Shown here one piece after another: positions 39,530-49,778 of a stretch of DNA of 64,000 bases. Position 1 is the stretch's first letter, and every line of letters starts with the position of its first letter. The stretch is taken from positions 98,355 to 162,354 of the forward strand of contig CAVUXE010000054.1 in NCBI GenBank assembly GCA_963745235.1. Direction: 5' to 3'. The notes under the pieces are model-generated. The model was not told where the DNA came from, made no database searches, and saw only the letters and a program-made list of their open reading frames with translations. The DNA comes from an uncultured Spirochaetota bacterium (GTDB lineage Bacteria; Spirochaetota; Spirochaetia; SZUA-6; Fen-1364). The translations under genes were made by a program, and so were the position numbers.

Positions 39530-42130
39530 TCACTCGCCGCAGAGTCGAACCAGCGTCAGGAGCCGGGGCGAAAGGGTGACCTCCGCCATGCCATCGACAA
39601 CCGGGAGCGGCGACCTGTCGTCCTCCAGGGTGCCGCAGACCCACGCGGATCGCACGCGGAAGCTGCCGGGACGGAGCCGCGCAGCGCTGTTTCCGTCACC
39701 GACGTTGACGAGCCGGACGAGAATGCCGTTGCCGTCCGCCGCCGGTTTCACGTGATTCACCAGAACACCGCGGCCTTCCACGAGGAGCAGGCTCCCCTCT
39801 CCGGGAGCGCCCGCGGCAGGGTGCACAATCGCTGGCTGCAGGAACTCGCGCGCCCTGGTCATCACGTCCGCGGCTTCGAATGCTCCGGATGTCAGGAATC
39901 CCCATGTGAGCCGGATGATCCCGGGCTGAGAGAGAGGGTAGTTCGTGTTCCAGTAGTTGTTGAACGGCCACGCAAGGAGGAGCGGCGCTGCGGGCCGGGG
40001 CACGCGGCGGAGAACTCTTCCAAACGAAAAGCCGCTGGGCTGGACCAGCGTCGAGTCACGGCAGACCAGCGTGGCGCACAGAGCGCCTGCGTGGAGAGCG
40101 GCAAATGTATCCACGCTCATCCAGCCCCGGCAGCTCTCAGGCAGCTGCTCCGCGTCCAGCTCGAGCGGCACGCCCGCCGAATCGAAATGACCCCGCCAGC
40201 CCGCGGGAAGATTGAGAGGGAAGGCAAAGTACAACGCTTCGGGAGCCGCATGATCCTGCTTGTACAGCGTGGCTTCCAGCTCGATTGCGTCGGTTTCCGC
40301 GCTCAACGTTATTCTCTGGCGCACCAGGTCGAGCCCCGGGACGCTGAGCTCGCGCACGAGGGAGACGGAATCCTCGTCCCGGGAGGCCGTGCAGGACACG
40401 AGACGGGCCGGGCCCTGCCTCTCCGCCTTCCAGTCCGTCTTCCAGCAGTCCCTGTCCAGCCTCTCTTTTTCAAGGTCGCGCTCGTAGATGGCATTGCGGC
40501 TTCCATCAACGCCCGGGTCCGGCCGCTCCCGCACCGGCTCGAAAAACGACGGCTCCCCCTGCTGCGCTTCCGGCGCGAGCACGTCCCAGCCGAGTATCTC
40601 GTCCCTCAGGCCAAGGATGCGGCCGGTGGCCGTGTCGCACCTCAGCGTGTGAAAGGGAGACCTGATGACTGCCTCTGTCCCGTGCTCATCGATCCTCACC
40701 AGGGAAGAGGTCTTTGCGGGTGCAAGCCCGGCAATGGGGATTCTCTTCCACCCGAACGGAGGCACCTCCACGGGTCCATACGCGGATCCTTTCTCCCTGC
40801 CTTCCCGCTGGCTCGTCCACGCGAAGCGCTGAACGCGCAGTCGCTTCCCCGGGGCAAGCCATGCCGCGGGCAACCGGACGTTGACAGAACGGGCCCGCGA
40901 GGACGGGTTCACGATGAGGAGCTGGTCCGGCCGCGCTGACTGGGAAAGGTTCCCGGCAAGGGTCTCCAGCTGGTCGATGAGGAGGTATTCGGCCAGCTCG
41001 CGTGACTCGTGAGCGAACGCCCCCTTGAGCTGGGACTGCGCCCGTGTCGGCGGGTTTTCGGGAGCCGGGTCCCAGTAGGTCCACGTATGCTCGCAGTACA
41101 GGGAAAGCTTCTCCCACGCCTCGCGGCTGACGCGCTGCCGGGAAGCGCCGGGGGCGTCACGCCGCGAGGCCTGGAGCATCTCCGCGGCCTCCAGGGAAAA
41201 TCGTGCCTGTCGGCTGATTGCCGTTTCATAAGCGCTTGCGCCGTTGCCGAATGACCAGTAATCGGTCCAGTCGCCGTCCAGCTGAGGGAGCAGGGAGGGA
41301 GGGATCCGGCGAAGCCGCGCCAGCAGCTCCTCCGGCGTCACGTACCGGATCAGCGGGTCCTTGACCTTTTCGTTCCATTCGCGGATCAGCCCGGCCACCC
41401 ACGGGTTGGGGGGCGAATTGTCCCACGCCTCCGGCGGGTTGGTGGTCGTCAGGTAGAGAAAATCGTGCGGGTATTCCAGTGCCTGGAGGTGGGCGGCGTA
41501 TTCTCCAAGACCCGCCTGCATGCTCGAGAGGGATCTCTCCCAGGTCCGCAGGATCTGGTCGAACATCGTGTAGGCGTTCCCGTTCATGACCAGGAGACGG
41601 CGCCCCGAAGGCGCTTTCCATTGAAACACGCCGGGCCGGGGCCTCACCGCGTGCCCGTGGTCGATGTTCACTCCCATCAGGAGCAGCTCTACCCCGGCAT
41701 CGATCAGCAGGTCGGCAAAAGGCCAGGGAACGCCGTTCACATCGTGCTGTATGGCCGTGGAGATCCGCGCCCCGAGCCTGCTCCGCAACTCCCGCGTCGG
41801 GCCCAGCTGCCGACTGAGAAGCTCGGCGCTGCTGAGTGGCGTGGTGTTGTACTGCATCGCGCATATCCCGATGCGCCCCTGGCGGACAAACGTCCGAAAG
41901 CGCTCCGCGTCCGCGTCCCGGGCGTCGTCGAGCCAGTGAAGGAGCGGCCCTGTCACCTCGCACGTCCATTTCGGCTGGGACGGCCCGGAAAAGCCACTGG
42001 TGTCAGCCAGCAGCGTCAACGCCTGGTCGATGAACTCCCGCTGCATTTCCCAGATGATGGGCTGGCTGTGGGTGTAGCCGACGTCGAGGTGGCTGTGATG
42101 GAGCACGAGGATTTCACGAATTTGTGCCAT
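39530..42130 (-). CDS. Glycoside hydrolase family 38 (alpha-mannosidase-like)
   Basis: HHSHLDVGYT, KWTCE, DVNG, DNSPP, GDWTDYW, EHTW and NNYWNTN. Confidence 0.88.
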   Translation of the reverse strand: MAQIREILVLHHSHLDVGYTHSQPIIWEMQREFIDQALTLLADTSGFSGPSQPKWTCEVTGPLLHWLDDARDADAERFRTFVRQGRIGICAMQYNTTPLSSAELLSRQLGPTRELRSRLGARISTAIQHDVNGVPWPFADLLIDAGVELLLMGVNIDHGHAVRPRPGVFQWKAPSGRRLLVMNGNAYTMFDQILRTWERSLSSMQAGLGEYAAHLQALEYPHDFLYLTTTNPPEAWDNSPPNPWVAGLIREWNEKVKDPLIRYVTPEELLARLRRIPPSLLPQLDGDWTDYWSFGNGASAYETAISRQARFSLEAAEMLQASRRDAPGASRQRVSREAWEKLSLYCEHTWTYWDPAPENPPTRAQSQLKGAFAHESRELAEYLLIDQLETLAGNLSQSARPDQLLIVNPSSRARSVNVRLPAAWLAPGKRLRVQRFAWTSQREGREKGSAYGPVEVPPFGWKRIPIAGLAPAKTSSLVRIDEHGTEAVIRSPFHTLRCDTATGRILGLRDEILGWDVLAPEAQQGEPSFFEPVRERPDPGVDGSRNAIYERDLEKERLDRDCWKTDWKAERQGPARLVSCTASRDEDSVSLVRELSVPGLDLVRQRITLSAETDAIELEATLYKQDHAAPEALYFAFPLNLPAGWRGHFDSAGVPLELDAEQLPESCRGWMSVDTFAALHAGALCATLVCRDSTLVQPSGFSFGRVLRRVPRPAAPLLLAWPFNNYWNTNYPLSQPGIIRLTWGFLTSGAFEAADVMTRAREFLQPAIVHPAAGAPGEGSLLLVEGRGVLVNHVKPAADGNGILVRLVNVGDGNSAARLRPGSFRVRSAWVCGTLEDDRSPLPVVDGMAEVTLSPRLLTLVRLCGE

Positions 42131-42166
42131 GAAACCTTCCCCTCGTTGCCGAGAGACACGCCCGAC

Positions 42167-43012
42167 TCATGCCTTGAGGCCGGAGAGTATCAGACCGCCA
42201 AACAGGTATTTCTGCAACAGGAAGAACACGAGCACGGGGAAAAGCACGGAGAGCGCGGAAGCGGCCATGAGGGCGCCCCAGTCCATGAACCAGGGAGAAA
42301 CCATGTGGTAGATGCCGAGGCTGAGGGTGTAGCGCGCGCTTTTGTTCAGGTAGATGAGGGGGTCCAGGAAGTCGTTCCACACCCGGACGAACTCGTAGAC
42401 GAGCACGGTAATGAACGGCGGCTTGAGGTTCGGGAGAATGATCCGGCTGAAGACGCCCACCCGGGTGCACCCGTCCAGGATGGCGGACTCATCCAGCTCG
42501 TACGGGATCTGGGTGATGAACTGGCGGAAGATGAATATATAGAAGGGAAATCCGAACCACAGGGGCACGATGAGCGGGAGGTAGGTATTGATCCATCCCA
42601 GCGCGCTGAACTCCATGAACTGCGGAATGACCTTCACGTCCCAGGGCACGAAGATGCTCGCTATGACGACCAGGAACAGGGCGCTCCTGCCGCGGAAGCG
42701 CATGCGGGCAAAGCCGTACCCCACCACGGAGGAAGAAAGAGAGGCGCCGAGCAGCGCGAAGACCATGATCTTCAGCGTGTTCAGGAAGTTTCTGTGCAGG
42801 TGGAAAGTCCCGAAGGCGCTCTGGAAGTTGGCAAGGCTGAGCCGCGCGGGAAAGACATCCGGCGGGTACTGGAAAATGGCGATGGGGCCGTTGATGGACT
42901 TGATGAAAACCCAGTACACGGGAAAGATGAACACGATGCAGACGACCGTCATCAGGACGTAGAGCAGGAGTCGCCGCGACGGCTGGCCGGTCCCGTTGAT
43001 TCCCCCGCTCAC
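42167..43012 (-). CDS. Carbohydrate ABC transporter permease
   Basis: GYGFARMRFRG, IPYELDESAILDG and WNDFLDPLIYL. GTG start at 43012. Confidence 0.93.
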   Translation of the reverse strand: MSGGINGTGQPSRRLLLYVLMTVVCIVFIFPVYWVFIKSINGPIAIFQYPPDVFPARLSLANFQSAFGTFHLHRNFLNTLKIMVFALLGASLSSSVVGYGFARMRFRGRSALFLVVIASIFVPWDVKVIPQFMEFSALGWINTYLPLIVPLWFGFPFYIFIFRQFITQIPYELDESAILDGCTRVGVFSRIILPNLKPPFITVLVYEFVRVWNDFLDPLIYLNKSARYTLSLGIYHMVSPWFMDWGALMAASALSVLFPVLVFFLLQKYLFGGLILSGLKA

Positions 43013-43929
43013 AGGATGTCCCCCCTCCCGCTTTCGGAGTACACCCAGCGCCGCGAGGAGCGGAAGAGAAGCAGGGTGACGACGAGCATGATGAGGAACA
43101 TGAACCACGACAACGCGGAGGCATACCCCATCTTCAGGAATTTGAAGGCATTGTTGTATTCGACGAACGAGTAGAGATAGGTGGCCTTTGCCGGTCCGCC
43201 CGATGTGATGACGAGCAGGGGGGCAAGGACCTGGAACTGGTTGATCATGATGATGACCACGTTCAGGAGGATGGTGGGGGAGATCATCGGCAGGGTGATG
43301 GAAAAGAACCTCCGCCATCGACTGGCCCCGTCCACCTCGGCCGCTTCGTAGAACACCGTCGGCACGCCCTGGAGCGCTGCCAGGAACAGGATCATCGGCT
43401 GGCCCACGGCCCACAGGCCCGTGCCGATGATGGAGAACAGCGCGATGCGGGGATCTTCGATCCAGGGGATCGGCTTGACGTTGAAGAAGGACAGCACGTA
43501 GTTGAAGATTCCCGTCTGCGTGTTGAACATGTAGCGCCAGATCAGGCCGCCTGCCGGGCCAGAGATCACCGCGGGCAGATACACGAGGGACCGGGCCACG
43601 TTTGCTCCCCTCAGCTTCTCCGTCAGGAGTTGGGCAATGGCCAGGGAGCAGACCATCTGCAGCGGCACCTCCAGCACGACGAAGAGGAGCGTTTTTCGGA
43701 GACCCGCGAGCGCGTCCTCCCCGGGGCTGAAGATGCGGAAATAATTGCGCAGGCCCACGAAGGTCATGTTCTTGAAGAAATCCCAGTTCGTGAAGCTCAC
43801 GGCGAATGAAAAGAGCATCGGGCCGGCATAGAACACGACAAACCCGATGAGCCACGGAGAGATGAACAGGTAGCCGGAGAGCCTTTCGCGGGCCGTTGCG
43901 CCGATCTGTCTCATGGTGCTGTTGACCAC
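43009..43929 (-). CDS. Carbohydrate ABC transporter permease
   Basis: YLFISPW, YEAAEVDGA, ITLPMISP and MGYASAL. Confidence 0.93.
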   Translation of the reverse strand: MVNSTMRQIGATARERLSGYLFISPWLIGFVVFYAGPMLFSFAVSFTNWDFFKNMTFVGLRNYFRIFSPGEDALAGLRKTLLFVVLEVPLQMVCSLAIAQLLTEKLRGANVARSLVYLPAVISGPAGGLIWRYMFNTQTGIFNYVLSFFNVKPIPWIEDPRIALFSIIGTGLWAVGQPMILFLAALQGVPTVFYEAAEVDGASRWRRFFSITLPMISPTILLNVVIIMINQFQVLAPLLVITSGGPAKATYLYSFVEYNNAFKFLKMGYASALSWFMFLIMLVVTLLLFRSSRRWVYSESGRGDIL

Positions 43930-43930
43930 T

Positions 43931-43953
43931 CGGAGGGGCGTGACGCCCCTCCG
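43931..43953. terminator. Intercistronic hairpin after SBP gene
   Basis: CGGAGGGGCGT-G-ACGCCCCTCCG perfect 11-bp inverted repeat. Confidence 0.6.
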
Positions 43954-43968
43954 GAAAAGGTCACTCTC

Positions 43969-45244
43969 TCACTTGGTGCCCTGCAGGATCTTGTCCATAC
44001 GGGCCGCGGCATCGTTCAGGCTGCTCTGAATGTCGGCGTTGGAAAGGAATATCTTCTGGAGGGCCGCCTGGAACTCGCTGTCGGCCTCGAACCACTTCGG
44101 GCTGCGCACGAACGTGGGGGCTCTCGTGGCCTGCTTGCCGATGTCCAGGAATGCATTCAGGTAGGGGTCCTTTGTGAATCCGAGCTCGCCCGCCAGGGAA
44201 GAAATGGGCGGCAGGCCCCAGTGCGCGGCGCAGTTGATGCGGATGCCGTCAGGGCCGCCGAGGTACTTGACCAGCTGCCATGCAGCATCCTTGTGCTTGG
44301 CCTTGGCGAAGACGGACCAGGTGGCGCTGTGGATAATGGGGGAGAGCGCGACGCCCTTTCGGGGAACCGGGGGAGCGGCAATCCCGAAGCTCAGGCTCGT
44401 GTCCCCCAGGAACGTCGCAAGGGGCCACATCCCGTTGTCCATCATGCCGACAATGCCCGGACTGGAACTCGGTCTGGCCGAGGTTCTGGTAGGCGTCCAT
44501 GGTCCCCGTGGAGACCGACATGTCGAACAGTCCCTTGTACCACTTCACCACCTCGGCGACGGCCGGCGAGTTGATGTAGCCGCTGGCGGTCTTGCCATCC
44601 GGGCTGCACAGGTCACCGCCGTTCATCCAGATGTACGACTGTATGGCATACGTGTGACCGGGGATGGCCACGTACCCGTAGCGGGCATCCGCTCCGGTCT
44701 TTCCGTTGGTGAGCTTCTTCACGATGTCGGTGAAATCAGCCCATGTCCATCCTGCCTGGGGATACGCGACCCCCGCCTGATCGAAGACTTTCTTGTTGTA
44801 GTAGATTGCCCGCGGGGTGTAGTCCTTGGGGAGCCCCCAGATCGCCCCGTTGTACGTGCTCCAGGATTTGAGCACGGGCAGGTACTGACCCATGTCGAAG
44901 CCGTCCCTGGCGATGTAGGGAGAGAGGTTCTCCACCACGCCTGCTTCCGCGAACTGGGACGTATTCCACATGAGAAGGCCGTCCGGAGTGTTGCCGGCGG
45001 CGTTGGCGGTCATGACCTTGTCGTCATAACCCTCGGGAACGCTCTGCAGCTCCACCGTGACGTTGGGGTATTTCTTCTGGAACGCGTCGACCGCGCTCTG
45101 CGTTATTTCCAGCCCCTTCCCCGAATCCCAGGTCATGTAGGAGACAGTGACCGGGGCCCCTCCGCCTTCCTTCTGGCCGTTGGCCCACAGCGCCGACGCG
45201 CTGACAAGCAGAACGGCCCCGAGGATCACAAGCAGTTTCCTCAT
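43969..45244 (-). CDS. Sugar ABC transporter substrate-binding protein (frameshift near 44457)
   Basis: ORF 44249-45244 (LWANGQKE, YYNKKVFDQAGV) joins ORF 43969-44445 as EFQSG-IVGMMDNGMWP if one base of CCCGG is removed. Confidence 0.9.
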
Positions 45245-45314
45245 TCAGAACCTCCTTGATCCGATCTTGGATTTCAGGCCGGTGGCCGTGCGGGAGCCGC
45301 CGACTCGAGCCTGG

Positions 45315-45380
45315 ATTGTAGGTCGGCTGGGGCGGAGCAGTGAAGTTACCGAAGTCACAATCTTCCGGTACAAAAGTACT
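45315..45380 (-). promoter_or_regulatory. Promoter of GH38/ABC operon with two candidate NarL-type response-regulator boxes
   Basis: Minus strand: AGTACTTTTGTACC and GTGACTTCGGTAACT about 22 bp apart, upstream of -10 TACAAT (45320-45315). Confidence 0.45.
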
Positions 45381-45387
45381 CAACCGC

Positions 45388-46053
45388 TCAGACGGTGCGC
45401 TGCTCCCCGCCCAGCAGGTCGATCTTGAACTCCATTGCAAGCCTCATGGCCTGGAACCGGTTCTCCACTCCCAACTTCGAGTAGATGGTGCTGAGGTAGT
45501 TCTTCACCGTCTGCTGACCAAGGAAGATCTTCTGAGCAATCTCCTCGTTGCTGAACCCTTTCATCACGAGGACGAGGATGTCCTTCTCCCGGGGAGTGAG
45601 CTCCCGGTACCACTGCGGGACGGGCGGAGCGCCGGCGCTGCGCGGAGCGCTGGTCATGCCCTCCAGCACCTGCGGGGAGACGATGCGGACCCCGCTCAGG
45701 GCAGCGCGGACGGAGGCCATCAGCTCCGTGGTGGATATGTCCTTCAACAAGAAGCCGACGGCGCCTTTCTCCAGGGCCGCTTTCACGTACTCGTCATAGC
45801 CGAACGTGGTGAGCATGAGGATCTTCACCTCGGGATGCTCCCGGTGGATCAGGCGTGTGGCTTCGATCCCGTTCATGATGGGCATGTGGATGTCCATGAG
45901 GATGACGTCGGGGATTCCCCGCGCCAGGGCAGCCAGCGCTTCCTCTCCGTTCCACGCGATGGAAATGGCCTGGATCTCCTTCTCCTCGGAAAGGAGGACC
46001 TTCTTCAGGCTGTCGGCAAAGAGCTTTTGATCGTCGACAATGAGGATTTTCAC
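45388..46053 (-). CDS. NarL/FixJ-family response regulator
   Basis: ILIVDDQ, LMDIHMP, GFLLKD and LTPREKDIL...GFSNEEIA...TVKNY. GTG start at 46053. Confidence 0.95.
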   Translation of the reverse strand: MKILIVDDQKLFADSLKKVLLSEEKEIQAISIAWNGEEALAALARGIPDVILMDIHMPIMNGIEATRLIHREHPEVKILMLTTFGYDEYVKAALEKGAVGFLLKDISTTELMASVRAALSGVRIVSPQVLEGMTSAPRSAGAPPVPQWYRELTPREKDILVLVMKGFSNEEIAQKIFLGQQTVKNYLSTIYSKLGVENRFQAMRLAMEFKIDLLGGEQRTV

Positions 46054-47299
46054 GGCGGGTCCCCCGCGGGGAGCACGGATCGCGGGAACGCCAGATGCAC
46101 GTTGTACCCGCGGGGATTGCTGGAGAAGCTGATCCTTCCTCCCACCGGGGTCACCCGGCTTTCCATGCTTTCCTGGCCGATTCCCTTCTGGGCCGCCAGG
46201 CCCCCGGTCCCGTTGTCCTGGATGTCCACGGACAGTTCCTGCTCGCTCACCCAGAAATGGATCTGGATCTCCGTCGCGTTTCCGTGCCGGAACGAATTGA
46301 CCAGGCATTCCTGGATGACCCGGTAGAGGATCTGGTCCAGGGCGGGGCCCAGCTCCCAGGGCAGGTTCCCCCACTCCACCCGGATCTGCATCTTGGTGGA
46401 AAAGCTGAAGGTGTCCACGAGGTTCTTGATGGCCTGGATTCCCGACAACTCCTGCTCACGGATGGAGCGCAACTGGTAGAGGATGGCCCGCGTCTCGTTC
46501 AGCCCTTTCTGCGCCTGCTCCTTGGTCCAGGAGTGCAGCTCCCGCGCCTCCTCTTCGCTGGCCGAGGGGTGTTTCAGAGAGGCGTCCATCATCGCATAGA
46601 TGTTGGTGAACGCCTGGCCGACAATGTCGTGCAGCTCCAGCGTGATGCGCGTTCGCTCGTGCTCCGTGGACTCGCGCTGGACCCTGGCGGCGTACTCCAG
46701 GTAGTCCCTGCTGGAGCTCATGAGCTTGCTGATGGCGTCGTTCAGGGACTCGGTCTTCCGCCGCGAGTCGTCCAGCCGGTCGGAGGTGCGGCGAAGGAAG
46801 ACGAGGAGACCGGCGAACGCGGCGCCGATTGCGAAAAAGGTGGACCAGTCCAGGAGCCCGGGGCGGGCATGGTGCGGGAGAAGGCGCTGAGAGGGGCAAG
46901 GAACACCGCGGTGCAGGCCATCACCACCGCGGAGAGCGCCGCGCTGCCGGGGAACGCGAAGCAGGTGTTGAGGTCGAGAAGCAGGGCGAACATGAGCATG
47001 TACCGGATGTCGAGGAACCCTCCGAAGGGAAGCCCGAGCACCACGAAGACGACAATGCGGACAATGACAACCGTGATCCGCACCCGGGCGGATGAGAAGA
47101 TGTGAATGACAAGGACGAGGGCAAGCGACACGAGAAGGAGCAGATCGTAGTCGCGTGTCCATTCCGCCGGCAGGCCGTACGCGTCCTGCCGCAGGGTGAA
47201 CCGCAGGAACGCCAGCGCGTGCAGAGCGGAGGAGATGGAGGCAACGAGGATGCTGCCGGCCCGCATGCCGCGCGCAGCAGCCGCCGGCCGGGCGCTCAT
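46050..47299 (-). CDS. Membrane sensor histidine kinase, HisKA_3 type (frameshift near 46860)
   Basis: Multi-TM N-terminus in ORF 46742-47299. ERTRITLELHDIVGQ, QECLVNSFRH and DNGTG in ORF 46050-47162. Confidence 0.9.
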
Positions 47300-47510
47300 G
47301 GAATCACCGCTGGCGCACCATGACTGACCGGAGGTGGGGTCTCGGCGCAGCCGGTCGCGAAGGGGAGGGATACTGCAGGGGATGTTGTCAGCCGGGCTGC
47401 CCGGCCCGAGGCGGAAACTGCGGTCACCTTGGCATTGTCGAGTGCACGCAACGGCCGGTCAAGCCTTCTGCACCGCTGTCGGTTTGATTGCCCCAGGCCC
47501 ACCCGCTGTC

Positions 47511-49019
47511 TTACGAGAGCAGGTATCCCCAGGTCTGCAGAAGATCTCCGTCCCGATGCCAGCGCTCCCCGATGTCGGTTCTATAGAACATGTTGGGGAT
47601 GATGATATTCTTCACCCGGTTGTACGCTTCCTTCCGCGCATCATCCATGGTTGACCCGGATCCGGTGACGACAAGCGCGTAGCCCGAGTTGCCCGCAAGG
47701 CGCCAGTCTCCATCCACCACGCGCACGTCGCATGGGTGAACCCCTCCGTTCACGGGCTTGCGGAAGATTATCACCGCGTCTTCCGAGAACTTCCTGAACG
47801 CCTCGGGGTCCACGAACGGGAAGGGAGGCACTGCAATGACGACGCAGATCTGGAACCCCTTCTTGGTCCGGATGGGGATTCCCTGCCCACGCGCCATTGC
47901 GGCAAGCACTTCCGACCATCTCGACAGCATCCCTTCGATCTGCAGGTTGATGGTGGGATACCCGAACCGGCAGGTGAACTCCAGGGGGTAGATCCCCCGC
48001 GAGTTGGCAATGCAGTTGATGTCGATATAACCCGTGTAGCGAACGGCTGCCAGGCGGTCCTTCATCTTCAGGAGAGTCTGCTGGAACAGCGTGCTCGAAC
48101 CGTGCCAGAAGCCCGAGGTCCCCATTTCCCCGGTCTGCGGGCCGATGTCATCGTTGAACATCCGTTTGTGCTCGAAGTTGACGAACACGGGCTGGAGGAA
48201 GTCCTTACCATTGAAGAAAGCGCCCACCGCCACTTCGACGCCGGAGGCGTATTTCTGCAGCTGGAAGTTCTTGATCTTTCCGCTCCAGCCGTTCCGGTAG
48301 TGCTCCAGCATGGTGAGGACGTCAAGCCCATCCTCTTCCTGCCCCACGAAGGACAGGACCTTCTCGTTCTGCGCCCGACCGCTTGGCTTGACGACGTATC
48401 TGCCCGGGTTGGTCTTGATGAACGTAACGGCCGCATCGAAGGAATCGAACTCCCATCTCGGCAGCGTGGTGATGCCCGCGGCCTTCATCTCTTCCTGCCC
48501 GAAGTCCCGGTCCATCTCCAGCCGGTCGGTATACGGGGTCCCGCCGATGACGGTCTTCCCGTCCGCCCGCAGCCTGTCCGCTGCGCTGCCGAACTCGCAG
48601 TCATCGAACACAATCACGTCCGCCCAGTCCTTGCAGTCCTCCCACCTGTCCACTTTCTCCACCAGGCCGTCCGCCACGTCCCTCTCCGACTTCGCCGCGA
48701 TATGGTACCGCACGTCCTGCCCTTCCTTCTTCACTTCCCAGGCCAGGTCGTGGATCAGGCCGTACTTGGAGATGAAGAGGAACCTCTGCGGTCGCGGACC
48801 GGCCGGCAGGGCGGGGGGAGAGACCGGGGCCGGCAGGGACGCCGGCGCCGCGGGCTGCGGAGGAGGGGAAGAATCTGGGAAAGGGGGTACCGGCTGTGGG
48901 TCCGACGAGCCCGAAGGAGGTTGGCCCCCAGCTGTCCCGGAATCAGCGGCGGCACCGGAGGAACCGGCGCCATTCGCCCTCCCGCCGTTCTTCCTGGCCG
49001 GGGTCTTTTCATCTGCCAT
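47511..49019 (-). CDS. Phosphoribosylamine-glycine ligase-like (atypical PurD-type) ATP-grasp enzyme with Gly/Pro-rich N-terminal extension
   Basis: LEMDR, YVVKP, EHKR...GPQTGEMG, LEFTCRFGYP and YRTDIG. Lacks the canonical GSGGREH N-terminus. Confidence 0.75.
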   Translation of the reverse strand: MADEKTPARKNGGRANGAGSSGAAADSGTAGGQPPSGSSDPQPVPPFPDSSPPPQPAAPASLPAPVSPPALPAGPRPQRFLFISKYGLIHDLAWEVKKEGQDVRYHIAAKSERDVADGLVEKVDRWEDCKDWADVIVFDDCEFGSAADRLRADGKTVIGGTPYTDRLEMDRDFGQEEMKAAGITTLPRWEFDSFDAAVTFIKTNPGRYVVKPSGRAQNEKVLSFVGQEEDGLDVLTMLEHYRNGWSGKIKNFQLQKYASGVEVAVGAFFNGKDFLQPVFVNFEHKRMFNDDIGPQTGEMGTSGFWHGSSTLFQQTLLKMKDRLAAVRYTGYIDINCIANSRGIYPLEFTCRFGYPTINLQIEGMLSRWSEVLAAMARGQGIPIRTKKGFQICVVIAVPPFPFVDPEAFRKFSEDAVIIFRKPVNGGVHPCDVRVVDGDWRLAGNSGYALVVTGSGSTMDDARKEAYNRVKNIIIPNMFYRTDIGERWHRDGDLLQTWGYLLS

Positions 49020-49095
49020 ATTGTGTGTAGCCAACATACGTCTGCAGCCCGTCGTAGGCAAGTATTTCGCGCCGGAAATTATGTAAATTCACCTG

Positions 49096-49764
49096 GTGAG
49101 CACACGTTCAGCGGAAGGCCTGCGGCTCAGGAAGGCCGAGGTGAAAAGCAACGACCAGATTGCCCTGGGAATATTCCGGCTCACGTTCCCCCGTGACCGT
49201 GATTTCATTCCCGGGCAGACACTTGCGCTCACCACGGATCCTGCCATCTCTCCCCGCTACTACAGCATCGCAAGCGGCGCCAACGACGCGCTCTTTGAAA
49301 TCCTCTACGACCTCGTGCCCGAAGGGCAGCTCACCCCCCGCCTCGCCAGGCTGGGCGCCGGAGATGCCTTGCTTGTGTCGGAGGAGCTCGGGGCTTTCCG
49401 TGATGCGGACGGGGCTTCCGTCTGGATCGCATCCGGCACGGGTATCGCGCCGTTTGCCTCCATGGCCCGGTCCGGCATGGTTTCGCAGAAGACCCTTGTC
49501 CACGGCAGCCGCACCCTTGCAGGACTCTACCTTCGCGGATACTTTTCCTCCGTGCTGGATGGAAGGTACATGCCCTGCTGCTCGTCGGAGACCGCGCAGG
49601 GAGTCTTCCCCGGCAGGACAACCGCGTGGCTTGCCTCCGGCGACTTGCCTGCCGCCGAGCGCTATCTTCTCTGCGGAAGCAGCCGGATGGTGGTGGATGC
49701 GCGTGATGTCCTCATTTCCCGTGGCGTACCGTTCAGCCGCGTCGTGGCTGAGATCTACTTCTGA
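49096..49764 (+). CDS. Ferredoxin-NADP+ reductase-like FAD/NAD(P) oxidoreductase
   Basis: RYYSIAS, GQLT, IASGTGIAPF, YLLCG and C-terminal EIYF. Confidence 0.88.
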   Translation: MSTRSAEGLRLRKAEVKSNDQIALGIFRLTFPRDRDFIPGQTLALTTDPAISPRYYSIASGANDALFEILYDLVPEGQLTPRLARLGAGDALLVSEELGAFRDADGASVWIASGTGIAPFASMARSGMVSQKTLVHGSRTLAGLYLRGYFSSVLDGRYMPCCSSETAQGVFPGRTTAWLASGDLPAAERYLLCGSSRMVVDARDVLISRGVPFSRVVAEIYF

Positions 49765-49778
49765 GGGGGGTTGGCCGC

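Noticed and set aside
6283-47299. Programmed frameshifting or phase variation in tonB, GH116, kinases and SBP
   Set aside because: No slippery heptamers or long repeat tracts, and the breaks are scattered over unrelated genes, so assembly error is more parsimonious.
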